Source of the DNA: an uncultured Clostridium sp.
Lineage (GTDB): Bacteria > Bacillota > Clostridia > TANB77 > CAG-508
NCBI GenBank assembly: GCA_902496295.1
Contig: CABVAF010000002.1
Location: 67,503-131,502 of the forward strand
DNA: 64,000 nt
Reading direction: 5' to 3'
Made by a program: the position numbers and the translations under genes. Positions 1 through 9,461 of this stretch are shown in pieces (the stretch's first letter is position 1; each line of letters starts with the position of its first letter). The notes beneath the pieces were generated by a model. That model did no database searches. It was not told where the DNA came from and saw only the letters and a list, made by a program, of their open reading frames with translations.

Positions 1-39
1 CTTTATCCTAGTTTCGTTCGCATTAATCTCGTTTGTCAT
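1..39 (-). CDS. 5' end of an unidentified gene running off the left edge (MTNEINANETRIK...)
   Basis: ATG at 39-37 with GGAGAG Shine-Dalgarno about 9 nt upstream. Only 13 codons are visible. Confidence 0.3.
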   Translation of the reverse strand, partial: MTNEINANETRIK

Positions 40-453
40 ATATTTTCTCTCCTTCTTTTATTTTGTTAAGGTCTATATAGTAATTTTAGAATTGGAAAAA
101 ATATACAGTTAGTTAATAATATTTAAAATGAATAATGTTACAATATACAATAATACAATTTAATTTAACAAATTTACTTTAATATAATATAATCTTCTAC
201 TTATATTTTACTTATATACTTTTTTAATTCACGCACAAAAGTATATATTTATTTTTATAAATATATTTTTAATTATATAAAATATTGATCCGCACAAAAA
301 CTAACTATTATTTCCTACAATTATAAAATAAATAATATATAAATCTCTTCTTTACCATCTCTTGGTAACAACTGGTTATTATTATACTATATGTTTAATT
401 ATTTGTCAAATTAATAAATTTATACAAAAAAGAAATATACTAATGTTTAACTC

Positions 454-483
454 ATACAAAAAGACGCCCATTTTGAGCGTCTT
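454..483 (-). terminator. Rho-independent terminator after glucokinase
   Basis: Stem AAGACGC/GCGTCTT (461-467 / 477-483) followed by a T-run on the minus strand, directly after the stop at 485. Confidence 0.7.
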
Positions 484-484
484 A

Positions 485-1372
485 CTAGTTTATTGTTGCT
501 CCTATTATACCTGCATCATTCCCTAACATAGCTAGTTTTATTTCTGTTTTTATATCTTTATTAAAGTAATACTTTCTTCGGTTAAATTCATTTACTAATT
601 TATCATAAAAAATGTCTCTAAAATATACAAAACTTCCTCCAAGTGAAATTGCCTCTGGTTCAAATATATCTATTAAGTTTGAAAATCCAATTATTAAGTT
701 TTCTATATACTCATCTATCAAAGATTTAATTCTTATATTATCTTTATTCTTTTCTATAATATCTAATAACTCTACTGCTGATATTTCTGATGTTAACCCT
801 AAAATTTCTCTTGCACTATCTTTAAACCTTTTCATTGAACAATATGTTTCAAAGCATCCATTTTTTCCACAATTGCACTTTATTCCATTTCTATTTATAA
901 CCATATGGCCTATTTCAAAACCTGGTGCTCTTGTTGTTTCCAAAAGTTTTCCATCTAAGAATACGCCCGCACCAATTCCTGTACCTAAACATAAAAATAC
1001 ACAATCATCATATTCTTTTAAACTGCCATATTTCTTTTCTGCTAATGCAGAACATTTTCCATCATTTCTTATATTCACAGGAATATTATAGTATTTTTGT
1101 ATCATTTTTGCTATATCAAGTTCTTCTATTCCTAAATTATACATTGAAAATATTTTTCCATGTTTAGGTGTTCCTGGAGATGCTATTCCAATTAATTCTA
1201 TTTCATTTTGTGGAACCATATTATGAATATTTTTCATAATATATTTCTCTATAAATATTTCTGCATTTTCTATATCCTCTATGTCTGTTTCATTCTTTTC
1301 TATTATTTTTCCTTCTTCATTTACAAGCGCAATAGCAATATGGCTACCACCAATATCAATTCCTATTTTCAT
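485..1372 (-). CDS. glcK: ROK-family glucokinase
   Basis: N-terminal IGIDIGGSHI ATP-binding motif and ROK zinc motif CNCGKNGCFETYCS. 295 aa. Confidence 0.85.
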   Translation of the reverse strand: MKIGIDIGGSHIAIALVNEEGKIIEKNETDIEDIENAEIFIEKYIMKNIHNMVPQNEIELIGIASPGTPKHGKIFSMYNLGIEELDIAKMIQKYYNIPVNIRNDGKCSALAEKKYGSLKEYDDCVFLCLGTGIGAGVFLDGKLLETTRAPGFEIGHMVINRNGIKCNCGKNGCFETYCSMKRFKDSAREILGLTSEISAVELLDIIEKNKDNIRIKSLIDEYIENLIIGFSNLIDIFEPEAISLGGSFVYFRDIFYDKLVNEFNRRKYYFNKDIKTEIKLAMLGNDAGIIGATIN

Positions 1373-1490
1373 ATATTCTCCTTTTCTTATACTTCTTAAA
1401 ACATTTATTATAAGTTGTATTTTTTATTTATAAAATTTCTTAATTATACTGCTTTAAACTTTTAACTGCATTATATCATAAATTTTTATA

Positions 1491-1520
1491 TTAAAAAAGA
1501 GGCTATAAAAGCCTCTTTCT
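1491..1520 (-). terminator. Terminator ending the type IV pilus operon
   Basis: Stem AAAGAGGC/GCCTCTTT flanked by A/T runs, immediately downstream of the pilC stop (1528). Confidence 0.7.
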
Positions 1521-1527
1521 ATTTTTT

Positions 1528-2880
1528 CTAAACACCCATTGCTTCTATTAGCCAGTTACCCATATACATTTCAATACATGGTACTAATACTACAACTACT
1601 AAGAATATTAATACTACTCCAACAATTGCATATGAAATTTCTGGTAATACTTTCATTATCTTTTGCATCTTATTATCTATATCTATATCCATATACTCTA
1701 AAAGCTTTGCCATCATTTCAGATAAGTCTGTTTGCATACCTATTTTAAGCATTTCTGTTTCCATTGCAGAAGATAATCCAGAATTTTCAAATGGTTCGAT
1801 CCATGAACCACCTATTAAAATATTATTTATAGACGATTCTATTATTGATAACATAACATAATTTTTTACAACAGATTTTGATACTTCTAAAGATTCTTGT
1901 ATTCTCATACCATTTTGTAAGTTCAAAAGCATTGCTCTCATTAATCTAGAAAAATCTATAGCATATATTAATGAACCAAACACTGGCATTTTATATTTAA
2001 AATAGTCAAAATTGTACCTTCCCTTTGGAGTATTTATATACCAGAAAATTCCTCCTGCAATAGCTACTACAATCATTACTGGAATATACCAGTATGCAAG
2101 AATCCAATCAACTACATCCATAAACCACAAAGTTATATCCGGAAGTTTAACACTAGAACCTACTTGTGCAAATACATCTTGGATTAGTGGTAATATATAA
2201 ATTGTTCCTACAAATAATAATATAATAATTGCTATAAATTGAGCTATATTTGGTATTAAAATAGATTTTAATTTTCTATTTCTTGAACCTGTATCATCTA
2301 AATATTTTACCGCTTGCTGTAATGATTGTGTAAGAGATCCTGATAACTCTCCAACTTTTATCATATTAATATATATATATGGGAATACATCTGAATAATA
2401 TTCCATAGTTGTATACATGTATTCACCAGCTTCTACACCAGCTAGAATATCCTCTAATACTCCTCTAAAAGACATATTTTCTGTACTTTGTATTAAAGTA
2501 TTTAATGCATGTATATTGTTAAAGTTAGCTTTTTTTAGTAAGTAGAAATTTTGTGTAAAAATTCTTACGTCTCTCTCTGTTATTTTTTCTTCAAGAGATA
2601 GAGCAAGACTTACCTTTTCAGATAGTTTTTGGTCTCTTGCTTTTCTACCTTGCATTACATCAGCAGAATTTGCCATTTTCATAATATCGTCTATATCCGT
2701 TACATTTCTTTTTCTACTTTTATGTTTTTTTACACTTCTATATCCTACTTGAGAAACGCTAATTGGTAGTAAATTATTACTCTTTAATCTTTTTATTAAT
2801 GTATTCTTGCTTACATCTTCTACCCTGTTTCGTACTATTTGTCCCTTTTCGGTAATAGCTCTGTAAACATATTCTGGCAT
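1528..2880 (-). CDS. pilC: Type IV pilus platform protein PilC (GspF family)
   Basis: 450-aa polytopic protein with duplicated GspF-like organisation. It is the last gene of the pil cluster, next to pilT/pilB. Confidence 0.85.
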   Translation of the reverse strand: MPEYVYRAITEKGQIVRNRVEDVSKNTLIKRLKSNNLLPISVSQVGYRSVKKHKSRKRNVTDIDDIMKMANSADVMQGRKARDQKLSEKVSLALSLEEKITERDVRIFTQNFYLLKKANFNNIHALNTLIQSTENMSFRGVLEDILAGVEAGEYMYTTMEYYSDVFPYIYINMIKVGELSGSLTQSLQQAVKYLDDTGSRNRKLKSILIPNIAQFIAIIILLFVGTIYILPLIQDVFAQVGSSVKLPDITLWFMDVVDWILAYWYIPVMIVVAIAGGIFWYINTPKGRYNFDYFKYKMPVFGSLIYAIDFSRLMRAMLLNLQNGMRIQESLEVSKSVVKNYVMLSIIESSINNILIGGSWIEPFENSGLSSAMETEMLKIGMQTDLSEMMAKLLEYMDIDIDNKMQKIMKVLPEISYAIVGVVLIFLVVVVLVPCIEMYMGNWLIEAMGV

Positions 2881-2896
2881 TTAGAATACCTCCCTT

Positions 2897-4021
2897 CTAG
2901 TTATCTTCTTGTCTTCTATTTCTATTTTCTTGTTTTATCTTTAATTGCATTATAGTTCTATTTAATACTTCTATATTCTTTTCTTCTATTTGAGCTTTTG
3001 CTTGCTCTAACGTAATTTTGTCTTTTGTAAATAATTCTGCTAATGAATTTATTAATCCAATGCTTCCCTTTTCAGAATTACTTTGTATAGCATCTTCTAT
3101 TTCAGAAACACTTATTTTCTCTTTTCTAACTATACCTGCTACTATGTTGTCTACAACCATAACTTCTGGAACCAATACTAAATCTCCTGCCCTTCCAGGT
3201 AACAATCTTTGAGAAACAACTAGTTTTAACAATGATGCTATTAAGAATTTTATAGTTTGTTGGTCTCTTATATCATAGAAGTTAATCATTCTATCTATTG
3301 TCTCTGCACAAGACTTAGTATGAAGTGTTCCTATTACTAAATGTCCTGCTTCTGCTGTTTCTATTGCTGCATCCATTGTTTCTTTATCACGAATCTCTCC
3401 TATAACTAAGATATCGCAGTCCTCTCTTAAAGAGTTTTTTACACCATCACTATAAGTTAAACAATCTTGTCCTACTCCTACTTCTTTTTGTACTATAATT
3501 GATTTTTTACATTTGTGTTTATATTCTATAGGACTTTCCAATGTTAATATTTTCTTATTTTGGTTTACATTAATTTCATTAATTAAAGCATTTAATGTAG
3601 TTGTTTTACCAGAGTTAGTCTTTCCTGTTACTAATATAAGTCCTTGTGGCTGATACATCATTCTTCTTACTATATCTGGAACTCCTAGTGACTCATATGA
3701 TGGAAGCTCATTTTTTATAATTCTTAAAGTTACAACTGGTACTTCATTTGAAAGCGATATGTTTACTCTTAAACGAATATCTGAAAATACAAATGAAGAG
3801 TCTAACTTCTTAGTTTCTTTAAATACTCTATCTTTATCTACATTTCCTCTAACAAAATAGTCATATATTTCCCACATGTCCTCTTCTGTTAATATATCAA
3901 ATTCTTCATAATTTATTAAGTCTCTTCTTACTCTCATTACTGGTTTTATTCCAGCAATTAAGTGAATGTCAGACGCATCTTTTTTTATTGCTAAATACAT
4001 AATTTTGTCAATGTCTATCAT
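2897..4021 (-). CDS. pilT: Type IV pilus retraction ATPase PilT
   Basis: Walker A GKTNSGKTTT, GEIRDKETM Asp box and GHLVIGTLHT His box. The size of about 370 aa is typical of PilT. Confidence 0.85.
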   Translation of the reverse strand: MIDIDKIMYLAIKKDASDIHLIAGIKPVMRVRRDLINYEEFDILTEEDMWEIYDYFVRGNVDKDRVFKETKKLDSSFVFSDIRLRVNISLSNEVPVVTLRIIKNELPSYESLGVPDIVRRMMYQPQGLILVTGKTNSGKTTTLNALINEINVNQNKKILTLESPIEYKHKCKKSIIVQKEVGVGQDCLTYSDGVKNSLREDCDILVIGEIRDKETMDAAIETAEAGHLVIGTLHTKSCAETIDRMINFYDIRDQQTIKFLIASLLKLVVSQRLLPGRAGDLVLVPEVMVVDNIVAGIVRKEKISVSEIEDAIQSNSEKGSIGLINSLAELFTKDKITLEQAKAQIEEKNIEVLNRTIMQLKIKQENRNRRQEDN

Positions 4022-4042
4022 TATTCTTCCCCCTATCTTTTG

Positions 4043-5671
4043 TTAATATATAACTAATTTATTATTAAGTTCGTCTAATGTAGTTATTCCTGAGATAACT
4101 TTTCCTATTCCGTCTATAATTAAAGGCTTATATCCTTCATTTAGTGCAGCCTTTCTTATTTCTATACTTGACTCACCCTTTGTAATTAATTCTCTAATTG
4201 TATCTGTTATAGATAATACTTCAAATATACCAATTCTTCCATAGTAACCTGTATTATTACATTTCTTACAGCCCACCACGTCATATGTTCTAGCATTATC
4301 TAAGTCAAATTTGCAACCATATCTTTCTGCAAATTTACTTATAATTTCTTTTTCTTTTGATGTAAATTCTCTTTCTTTTGCACAATTTGGACATACTCTT
4401 CTTACTAATCTTTCTGAAACAGATGTTGCTAATGTACTAGAAATATCGTAATCTGAAACACCCATTTTTCTTAATCTTGTTATAACTTCTATTGCATCTA
4501 TTGTGTGGATTGTAGACAATACATAATGTCCTGTTTGACCAGCTTGCATGGCAATTTCAGCCGTCTCTTTATCTCTAATTTCTCCTACTAAGATTATATC
4601 TGGATCCTGTCTTAAAACAGTTCTTAAAGAATCTTGAAATGTTGCTTTTGCCTCAACCTCAATTTGGTTTAATCCATCTATTCTTATTTCTACTGGATCC
4701 TCGATTGTAGTAATATTTATTTCTGGTCTATTTAAATAATCTATAATACTATATAATGTTGTTGTTTTACCTTCTCCAGTTGGTGCTGCAACTACTGTAA
4801 TACTATTTTTCTTATTGAAACAGTCATTAACCAATTTTTCATCATCTGGAAATCCAAGTTCAAATAACCTTTTAATATCCTCATTTTTCTTTAATAATCT
4901 TAAAACAAACTTTTCTCCATGAACATTCTTTTGTGAAGACACACGAATATTATAGTCTGGATATGCTAAAATTCTACCATCTTGTGCTTCTTGTTTTTCT
5001 TGGTGCATATTAGAAATAGCTTTTAATCTTCCAACTATTTGAGATTGTTTTTCTTTGTCTATAGTAACTGCTGTAATTAACTGTCCGTCTATTCTGTATC
5101 TAACTCTAACAAATTTCTCCATTGGCTCTATGTGAATATCACTAGCCCTTTTTTCCATAGCAGTCTTTATAATACTATCTACCAATCCAGATACATCTGT
5201 GTTTGTATTAATATCATCAGAAACTACACCCTCTAATGAATTTATTATGTTGTCTATATTACTTTCAAACGTAATATATCTATCCATTACAAGACCTTTA
5301 TTTAAAAGTAATAATCTTATTACATCTGTAGACTTTCTATTAGAAGTATCTGCAAAACATACTTTTACTCTGCCAGATACAATATCAAATGGTACTGCTT
5401 TATTCTCTTTTATAATATCTAGAGATACATAGTCTAACACGTTAATTTTTATATCATTTTCTTGTAAATATATGGCTTTTTCTTCTAATATTTCCCCTAT
5501 TGTATCTATTAGTACATGTGAATCACATAGTTTTAATATATCTAATATATCTCCTATTTTTTTCCTTGGATGTTTCTTTTGATAGTCTAATGCTTTATCA
5601 ATATCTGCTTCTGTAACAATGCCTCTTCTTACTAATTCTATTCCTATTGGTTGACTTCTTTTTACTTCCAT
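4043..5671 (-). CDS. pilB: Type IV pilus assembly ATPase PilB (GspE family)
   Basis: Walker A APTGEGKTTT, GEIRDKETA and HYVLSTIHT motifs, plus a tetracysteine Zn motif CPNC...CKKC. 542 aa. Confidence 0.9.
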   Translation of the reverse strand: MEVKRSQPIGIELVRRGIVTEADIDKALDYQKKHPRKKIGDILDILKLCDSHVLIDTIGEILEEKAIYLQENDIKINVLDYVSLDIIKENKAVPFDIVSGRVKVCFADTSNRKSTDVIRLLLLNKGLVMDRYITFESNIDNIINSLEGVVSDDINTNTDVSGLVDSIIKTAMEKRASDIHIEPMEKFVRVRYRIDGQLITAVTIDKEKQSQIVGRLKAISNMHQEKQEAQDGRILAYPDYNIRVSSQKNVHGEKFVLRLLKKNEDIKRLFELGFPDDEKLVNDCFNKKNSITVVAAPTGEGKTTTLYSIIDYLNRPEINITTIEDPVEIRIDGLNQIEVEAKATFQDSLRTVLRQDPDIILVGEIRDKETAEIAMQAGQTGHYVLSTIHTIDAIEVITRLRKMGVSDYDISSTLATSVSERLVRRVCPNCAKEREFTSKEKEIISKFAERYGCKFDLDNARTYDVVGCKKCNNTGYYGRIGIFEVLSITDTIRELITKGESSIEIRKAALNEGYKPLIIDGIGKVISGITTLDELNNKLVIY

Positions 5672-5759
5672 AGGTTATCCTCCTCTTAAGTTTAGTCTTA
5701 TATAAATATTATACTATAAAATTTGAAAATTAAATATGAATATACTATAAGTCCATTAA

Positions 5760-6200
5760 TTACCAATATTTTAATACATACTCTATTTCTTTTGTAAATA
5801 AAGAACCTGTATTTCCTATTGCTATACTTACATTTACTATGTTTTTAGTTGTATTTCTTATAGTCTCTGTAGATGCCTTAAAAACTGCCACTTGCACATT
5901 TTTAGCTATTGCTTTTCCATTCCTATATATTGCTTTTTGCTCTAAATTAAAGTCATATTTTGTGCCATCTGCAAATGTAACTGTATTACCACTTACTGTC
6001 ACATCTGTATTATTTTTCACATCTTGTATAAAGAACATATTAAACTTATTAAATTCAGGAGCATAATTAGCTTGATCTTTTACTAAATTTACATTTGAAA
6101 AGAAAAAGCTAGATATTAATGCTAAAATTGATATAACAATTGTAAACACAATAACATAAATTACTAATGCAACTAATGTGACACCTTTTTGACTTTTCAT
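5760..6200 (-). CDS. Pilin-like protein (minor pilin) with prepilin-type N-terminus
   Basis: MKSQKG|VTLVALVIYVIVFTIV: short basic leader, Gly, then a hydrophobic helix. Located inside the pil operon. Confidence 0.65.
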   Translation of the reverse strand: MKSQKGVTLVALVIYVIVFTIVISILALISSFFFSNVNLVKDQANYAPEFNKFNMFFIQDVKNNTDVTVSGNTVTFADGTKYDFNLEQKAIYRNGKAIAKNVQVAVFKASTETIRNTTKNIVNVSIAIGNTGSLFTKEIEYVLKYW

Positions 6201-6215
6201 TATACCCTCCTAACT

Positions 6216-6647
6216 TTAAGCTTCTCTCACTTTATATCTAGTTATTACAAGCTCTTCTTCTCTTCCTTTGAATTGGTATTTTACCCTTAGTTCAACTCTT
6301 TTAGTAGGTTGTCCACCAACTTTTTTAGAAGAATCTGTTACATTTATTTTTAGTGCAAATCCTGTAGGTATTTGAAATTTAGTTTTGTACGAATCTTCCA
6401 TTCCATTTTGAATAAGGTCATAATCTGTTTTATCTATATCTTCTAATATTTGTATAGCACAAACAGTTGCTTCTGCCGATAATTGTGTGCTTAACTTTAC
6501 CTCTGTAATTTGATATAATATAGTTCCTATTGTTCCTGCAAAAAGCATAATTATAAAAATGGCAATAGCTAAATCTGTAAAAGTAAAGCCATATTCTGAT
6601 TTTATATTTAATTTCTTTAAATTTACATTATCCATTTTTTCCTCCAA
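6216..6647 (-). CDS. Pilin-like protein (minor pilin) with prepilin-type N-terminus
   Basis: ...KSEYG|FTFTDLAIAIFIIMLFAG: class III signal-like with an acidic residue (Asp) at +5. Confidence 0.65.
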   Translation of the reverse strand: MEEKMDNVNLKKLNIKSEYGFTFTDLAIAIFIIMLFAGTIGTILYQITEVKLSTQLSAEATVCAIQILEDIDKTDYDLIQNGMEDSYKTKFQIPTGFALKINVTDSSKKVGGQPTKRVELRVKYQFKGREEELVITRYKVREA

Positions 6648-6652
6648 TTACC

Positions 6653-7468
6653 TTATGCATAAAAGCTAATTACGTTTGTAATAATTAAAACTATTATATT
6701 TGATACGCACATATAGAAACCTATAGGTAACTTTAATTCTTTGTTCTTTTTTGTTTTTATACTTTTTGCCTTTCTATTTTTTATTTTATAAAGTAATAGT
6801 ACAAAAGCAATTGTTAATAATGTCATTGTTGCTGTTATTGCATATTGTAATTCATACGTAAATGCTATCATTAATACAGATAACAATAATATTTCAACAG
6901 GATAATTGTCTTTTACTTTTTTTCTTAAGTAAAAAATATCTATTAACATAAGTATAAGTACAACAAATAGATATATAACATATCTATATATACTAGTATC
7001 TCCTTCTACTATATATAGATAAATTATATATGCTGTTACCAATATGTATCCAAATAATAATACAGATTTTTCTATTCTTATTTTTTCTTTATCTATTCCT
7101 GCTATTATAAATAAAGTTGATATATATAATAAGCCAAATATTAAATAAGTCATATTGTTAATGCTTAAATTATACATACTAAATTTTATAGACATGGCAA
7201 ATAATACAAATACTATTCCAGAAAATACTTCTAAGATTAAATATCTTATTCTTATTTTTTGTTTGCAGTATCTGCATTTTCCACCTAAAAATATATAACT
7301 TAAAATAGGTATCATATCTAAAAAGCCTAACTTATGATCACAGTTAGGGCAGTAAGAACGCTCATGTGTAATATCTTGTCCTATTGGAATTCTGCTAACT
7401 GCTAATGTAAAGAAACTTCCAAAAACTGTACCTATACAGAAAAGTAGTATATATAAAATAATGTCCAT
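6653..7468 (-). CDS. pilD: Prepilin peptidase / N-methyltransferase PilD (A24 family)
   Basis: Polytopic 271-aa protein with N-terminal CPNC...CRYC cysteine pairs, AGIDKEK and VEGD candidate catalytic Asp motifs. Lies adjacent to the pilins. Confidence 0.8.
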   Translation of the reverse strand: MDIILYILLFCIGTVFGSFFTLAVSRIPIGQDITHERSYCPNCDHKLGFLDMIPILSYIFLGGKCRYCKQKIRIRYLILEVFSGIVFVLFAMSIKFSMYNLSINNMTYLIFGLLYISTLFIIAGIDKEKIRIEKSVLLFGYILVTAYIIYLYIVEGDTSIYRYVIYLFVVLILMLIDIFYLRKKVKDNYPVEILLLSVLMIAFTYELQYAITATMTLLTIAFVLLLYKIKNRKAKSIKTKKNKELKLPIGFYMCVSNIIVLIITNVISFYA

Positions 7469-7544
7469 TTTTTTCTCCTAAGTGTTATATTAAAAAATAA
7501 GGCATATACATTAATTCTGCATATGCCATATTATGCATTAACTA

Positions 7545-7991
7545 TTATCCTTCTGTATTGTCTGCTGCATCTGAAGCTGGTGTTAATGTTGGATATCCGT
7601 TTGTATATGCTGTAAAGTTATAGCTTTGTCCACCTAATGTGAATGTAATTGTTCCTGTAACAGCTACTGTTGTGTCAGCATTAACTGTTACTGTTCCTAA
7701 TCCGCTATTTGAAATTCCTACAGCTGTAAGAGCTGATTTTAAATCTGTTGTAATATCTTGAGAAGCATTATTTTGAATTGCTTCCATTTGTTTAGATACT
7801 ATATATCCTTGGATATTGTCTGCTATTGTTCCTTTATTTGAATCAGCAGCAGCTTGTTGAGCTTTTCCCACAACACCATTTTGTGCAAATACTAATGATA
7901 TTGTTATTCCTGCTAATATTAATAATACTACGATTGTAACAACTAATGCTACTAATGTAATACCACCTTGTCCTTTTGTTTTCTTTAACAT
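7545..7991 (-). CDS. pilA: Type IV major pilin paralog 1
   Basis: MLKKTKGQGG|ITLVALVVTIVVLLILAGITI prepilin N-terminus. 148 aa. One of three tandem copies. Confidence 0.85.
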   Translation of the reverse strand: MLKKTKGQGGITLVALVVTIVVLLILAGITISLVFAQNGVVGKAQQAAADSNKGTIADNIQGYIVSKQMEAIQNNASQDITTDLKSALTAVGISNSGLGTVTVNADTTVAVTGTITFTLGGQSYNFTAYTNGYPTLTPASDAADNTEG

Positions 7992-8040
7992 GTTGCATTC
8001 TCCCTTCTTATTTTTTATTTAGTAATACTTAAAAATATTA

Positions 8041-8472
8041 CTATTTTAAATCTGGATATCCTGTGTCATATCCTCCAGTAGTTAAAGTGTAAGTTTGTCC
8101 ATTTAGTGTAAATGTTATATCACCACTTATTGTTACTGTTGTATCAGCAGCTATTGAAATTGTATTAGAACTTGCTGTTACAGTTATACCAACAGCTCCT
8201 AATTTTGATGTCATATCTGCAGTAACATCTCCTGGTGCATTACCTTGGATAGCTTCCATTTGTTTAGATACTATATATCCTTGAATGTTGTCTGCTATTG
8301 TTCCTTTATTTGAATCAGCAGCAGCTTGTTGTGCTTTATCTACAACACCATTATCTGCAAATACTAATGCTATTGTTATTCCAGCTAATATTAATAATAC
8401 TACGATTGTAACAACTAATGCTACTAATGTAATACCACCTTGTCCTTTTACTTTCTTTACCATACTATTCAC
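8041..8472 (-). CDS. pilA: Type IV major pilin paralog 2
   Basis: Same prepilin N-terminus (KVKGQGG|ITLVALVV...). The C-terminus is diverged but keeps ADTTV..G.ITFTLNGQ.Y. Confidence 0.85.
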   Translation of the reverse strand: MNSMVKKVKGQGGITLVALVVTIVVLLILAGITIALVFADNGVVDKAQQAAADSNKGTIADNIQGYIVSKQMEAIQGNAPGDVTADMTSKLGAVGITVTASSNTISIAADTTVTISGDITFTLNGQTYTLTTGGYDTGYPDLK

Positions 8473-8521
8473 TTCCTTTCTCTTAAAAATTTGTATTAAA
8501 TTAAAATAATTATATCAAAAA

Positions 8522-8962
8522 TTATTGTGCTGCAGCAGTTAATACTGGATATCCATTTTTATATCCATCTACAGTAAGATTATATTTTTGACCATTTAAT
8601 GTAAATGTTATTATTCCTGCAATTGTTACTGTTGTATCTGCATTTACTGTAATTGTTCCACTTCCTGTAGCTGTATCTACTGAAATTCCAGCTGCTGAAA
8701 GTGCTGTACTTAAACCATCTGTAATATTTTGAGAAGTACCTGATTGAATTACTTCCATTTGTTTAGATACTACATATCCTTGGATATTGTCTGCTATTGT
8801 TCCTTTATTTGAATCAGCAGCAGCTTGTTGAGCTTTTCCCACAACACCATTTTGTGCAAATACTAATGATATTGTTATTCCTGCTAGTATCAATAATACT
8901 ACAATTGTAACAACCAATGCTACTAGTGTAATACCACCTTGTCCTTTTGTTTTTTCTAACAT
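8522..8962 (-). CDS. pilA: Type IV major pilin paralog 3
   Basis: The first ~64 aa are nearly identical to paralog 1. The 5' ~190 nt are near-identical at DNA level. Confidence 0.85.
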   Translation of the reverse strand: MLEKTKGQGGITLVALVVTIVVLLILAGITISLVFAQNGVVGKAQQAAADSNKGTIADNIQGYVVSKQMEVIQSGTSQNITDGLSTALSAAGISVDTATGSGTITVNADTTVTIAGIITFTLNGQKYNLTVDGYKNGYPVLTAAAQ

Positions 8963-9029
8963 TTTACTTACTCCTTTCTCTTTAGATTTTTTGTATATAT
9001 TTATGTTTAATAAATATAACCTAATTTAA

Positions 9030-9443
9030 TTATTTCTTTCCAGTCTCGTTGAAGAATGTCCCTGTTGAATTTGGATCAGAATTTGTATTTGTTTCTCCTC
9101 CACTAGCTGTATTTCCAGTATTTGTTGTTCCACCAGTTGTATTATCTTGTACTTGTGTAGATTCCATAGAGAATGGATCTCTTTTTCCTGGTACATAACT
9201 ATTGCTTTGTTTATATATATTTAAGTCTGCATCTGTTACTTCATAAGTAATTTTAGTTTTATTTGCCTCTATTACTTCTTGATTTACTTCTTCTTGAATA
9301 TTTTCTGGTGTTGAGTATGCTATTTTACTTGGCACTACTTTATTACTTGGAATATAATCATAAAATAACACACCAAGTATTAACAATATAGCAACACATA
9401 GCAATAACATAATAATAATTTCTTTAATTATCGATTTTGCCAT
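9030..9443 (-). CDS. Membrane-anchored T4P-operon protein with Thr/Gly/Asn-rich tail
   Basis: Single N-terminal TM segment (IIIMLLLCVAILLILGVLF), then a soluble part ending TTGGTTNTGNTASGGETNTNSD. Positioned between the pilO-like gene and pilA. Confidence 0.5.
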   Translation of the reverse strand: MAKSIIKEIIIMLLLCVAILLILGVLFYDYIPSNKVVPSKIAYSTPENIQEEVNQEVIEANKTKITYEVTDADLNIYKQSNSYVPGKRDPFSMESTQVQDNTTGGTTNTGNTASGGETNTNSDPNSTGTFFNETGKK

Positions 9444-9461
9444 TTTAACCTCCTACTTAGT

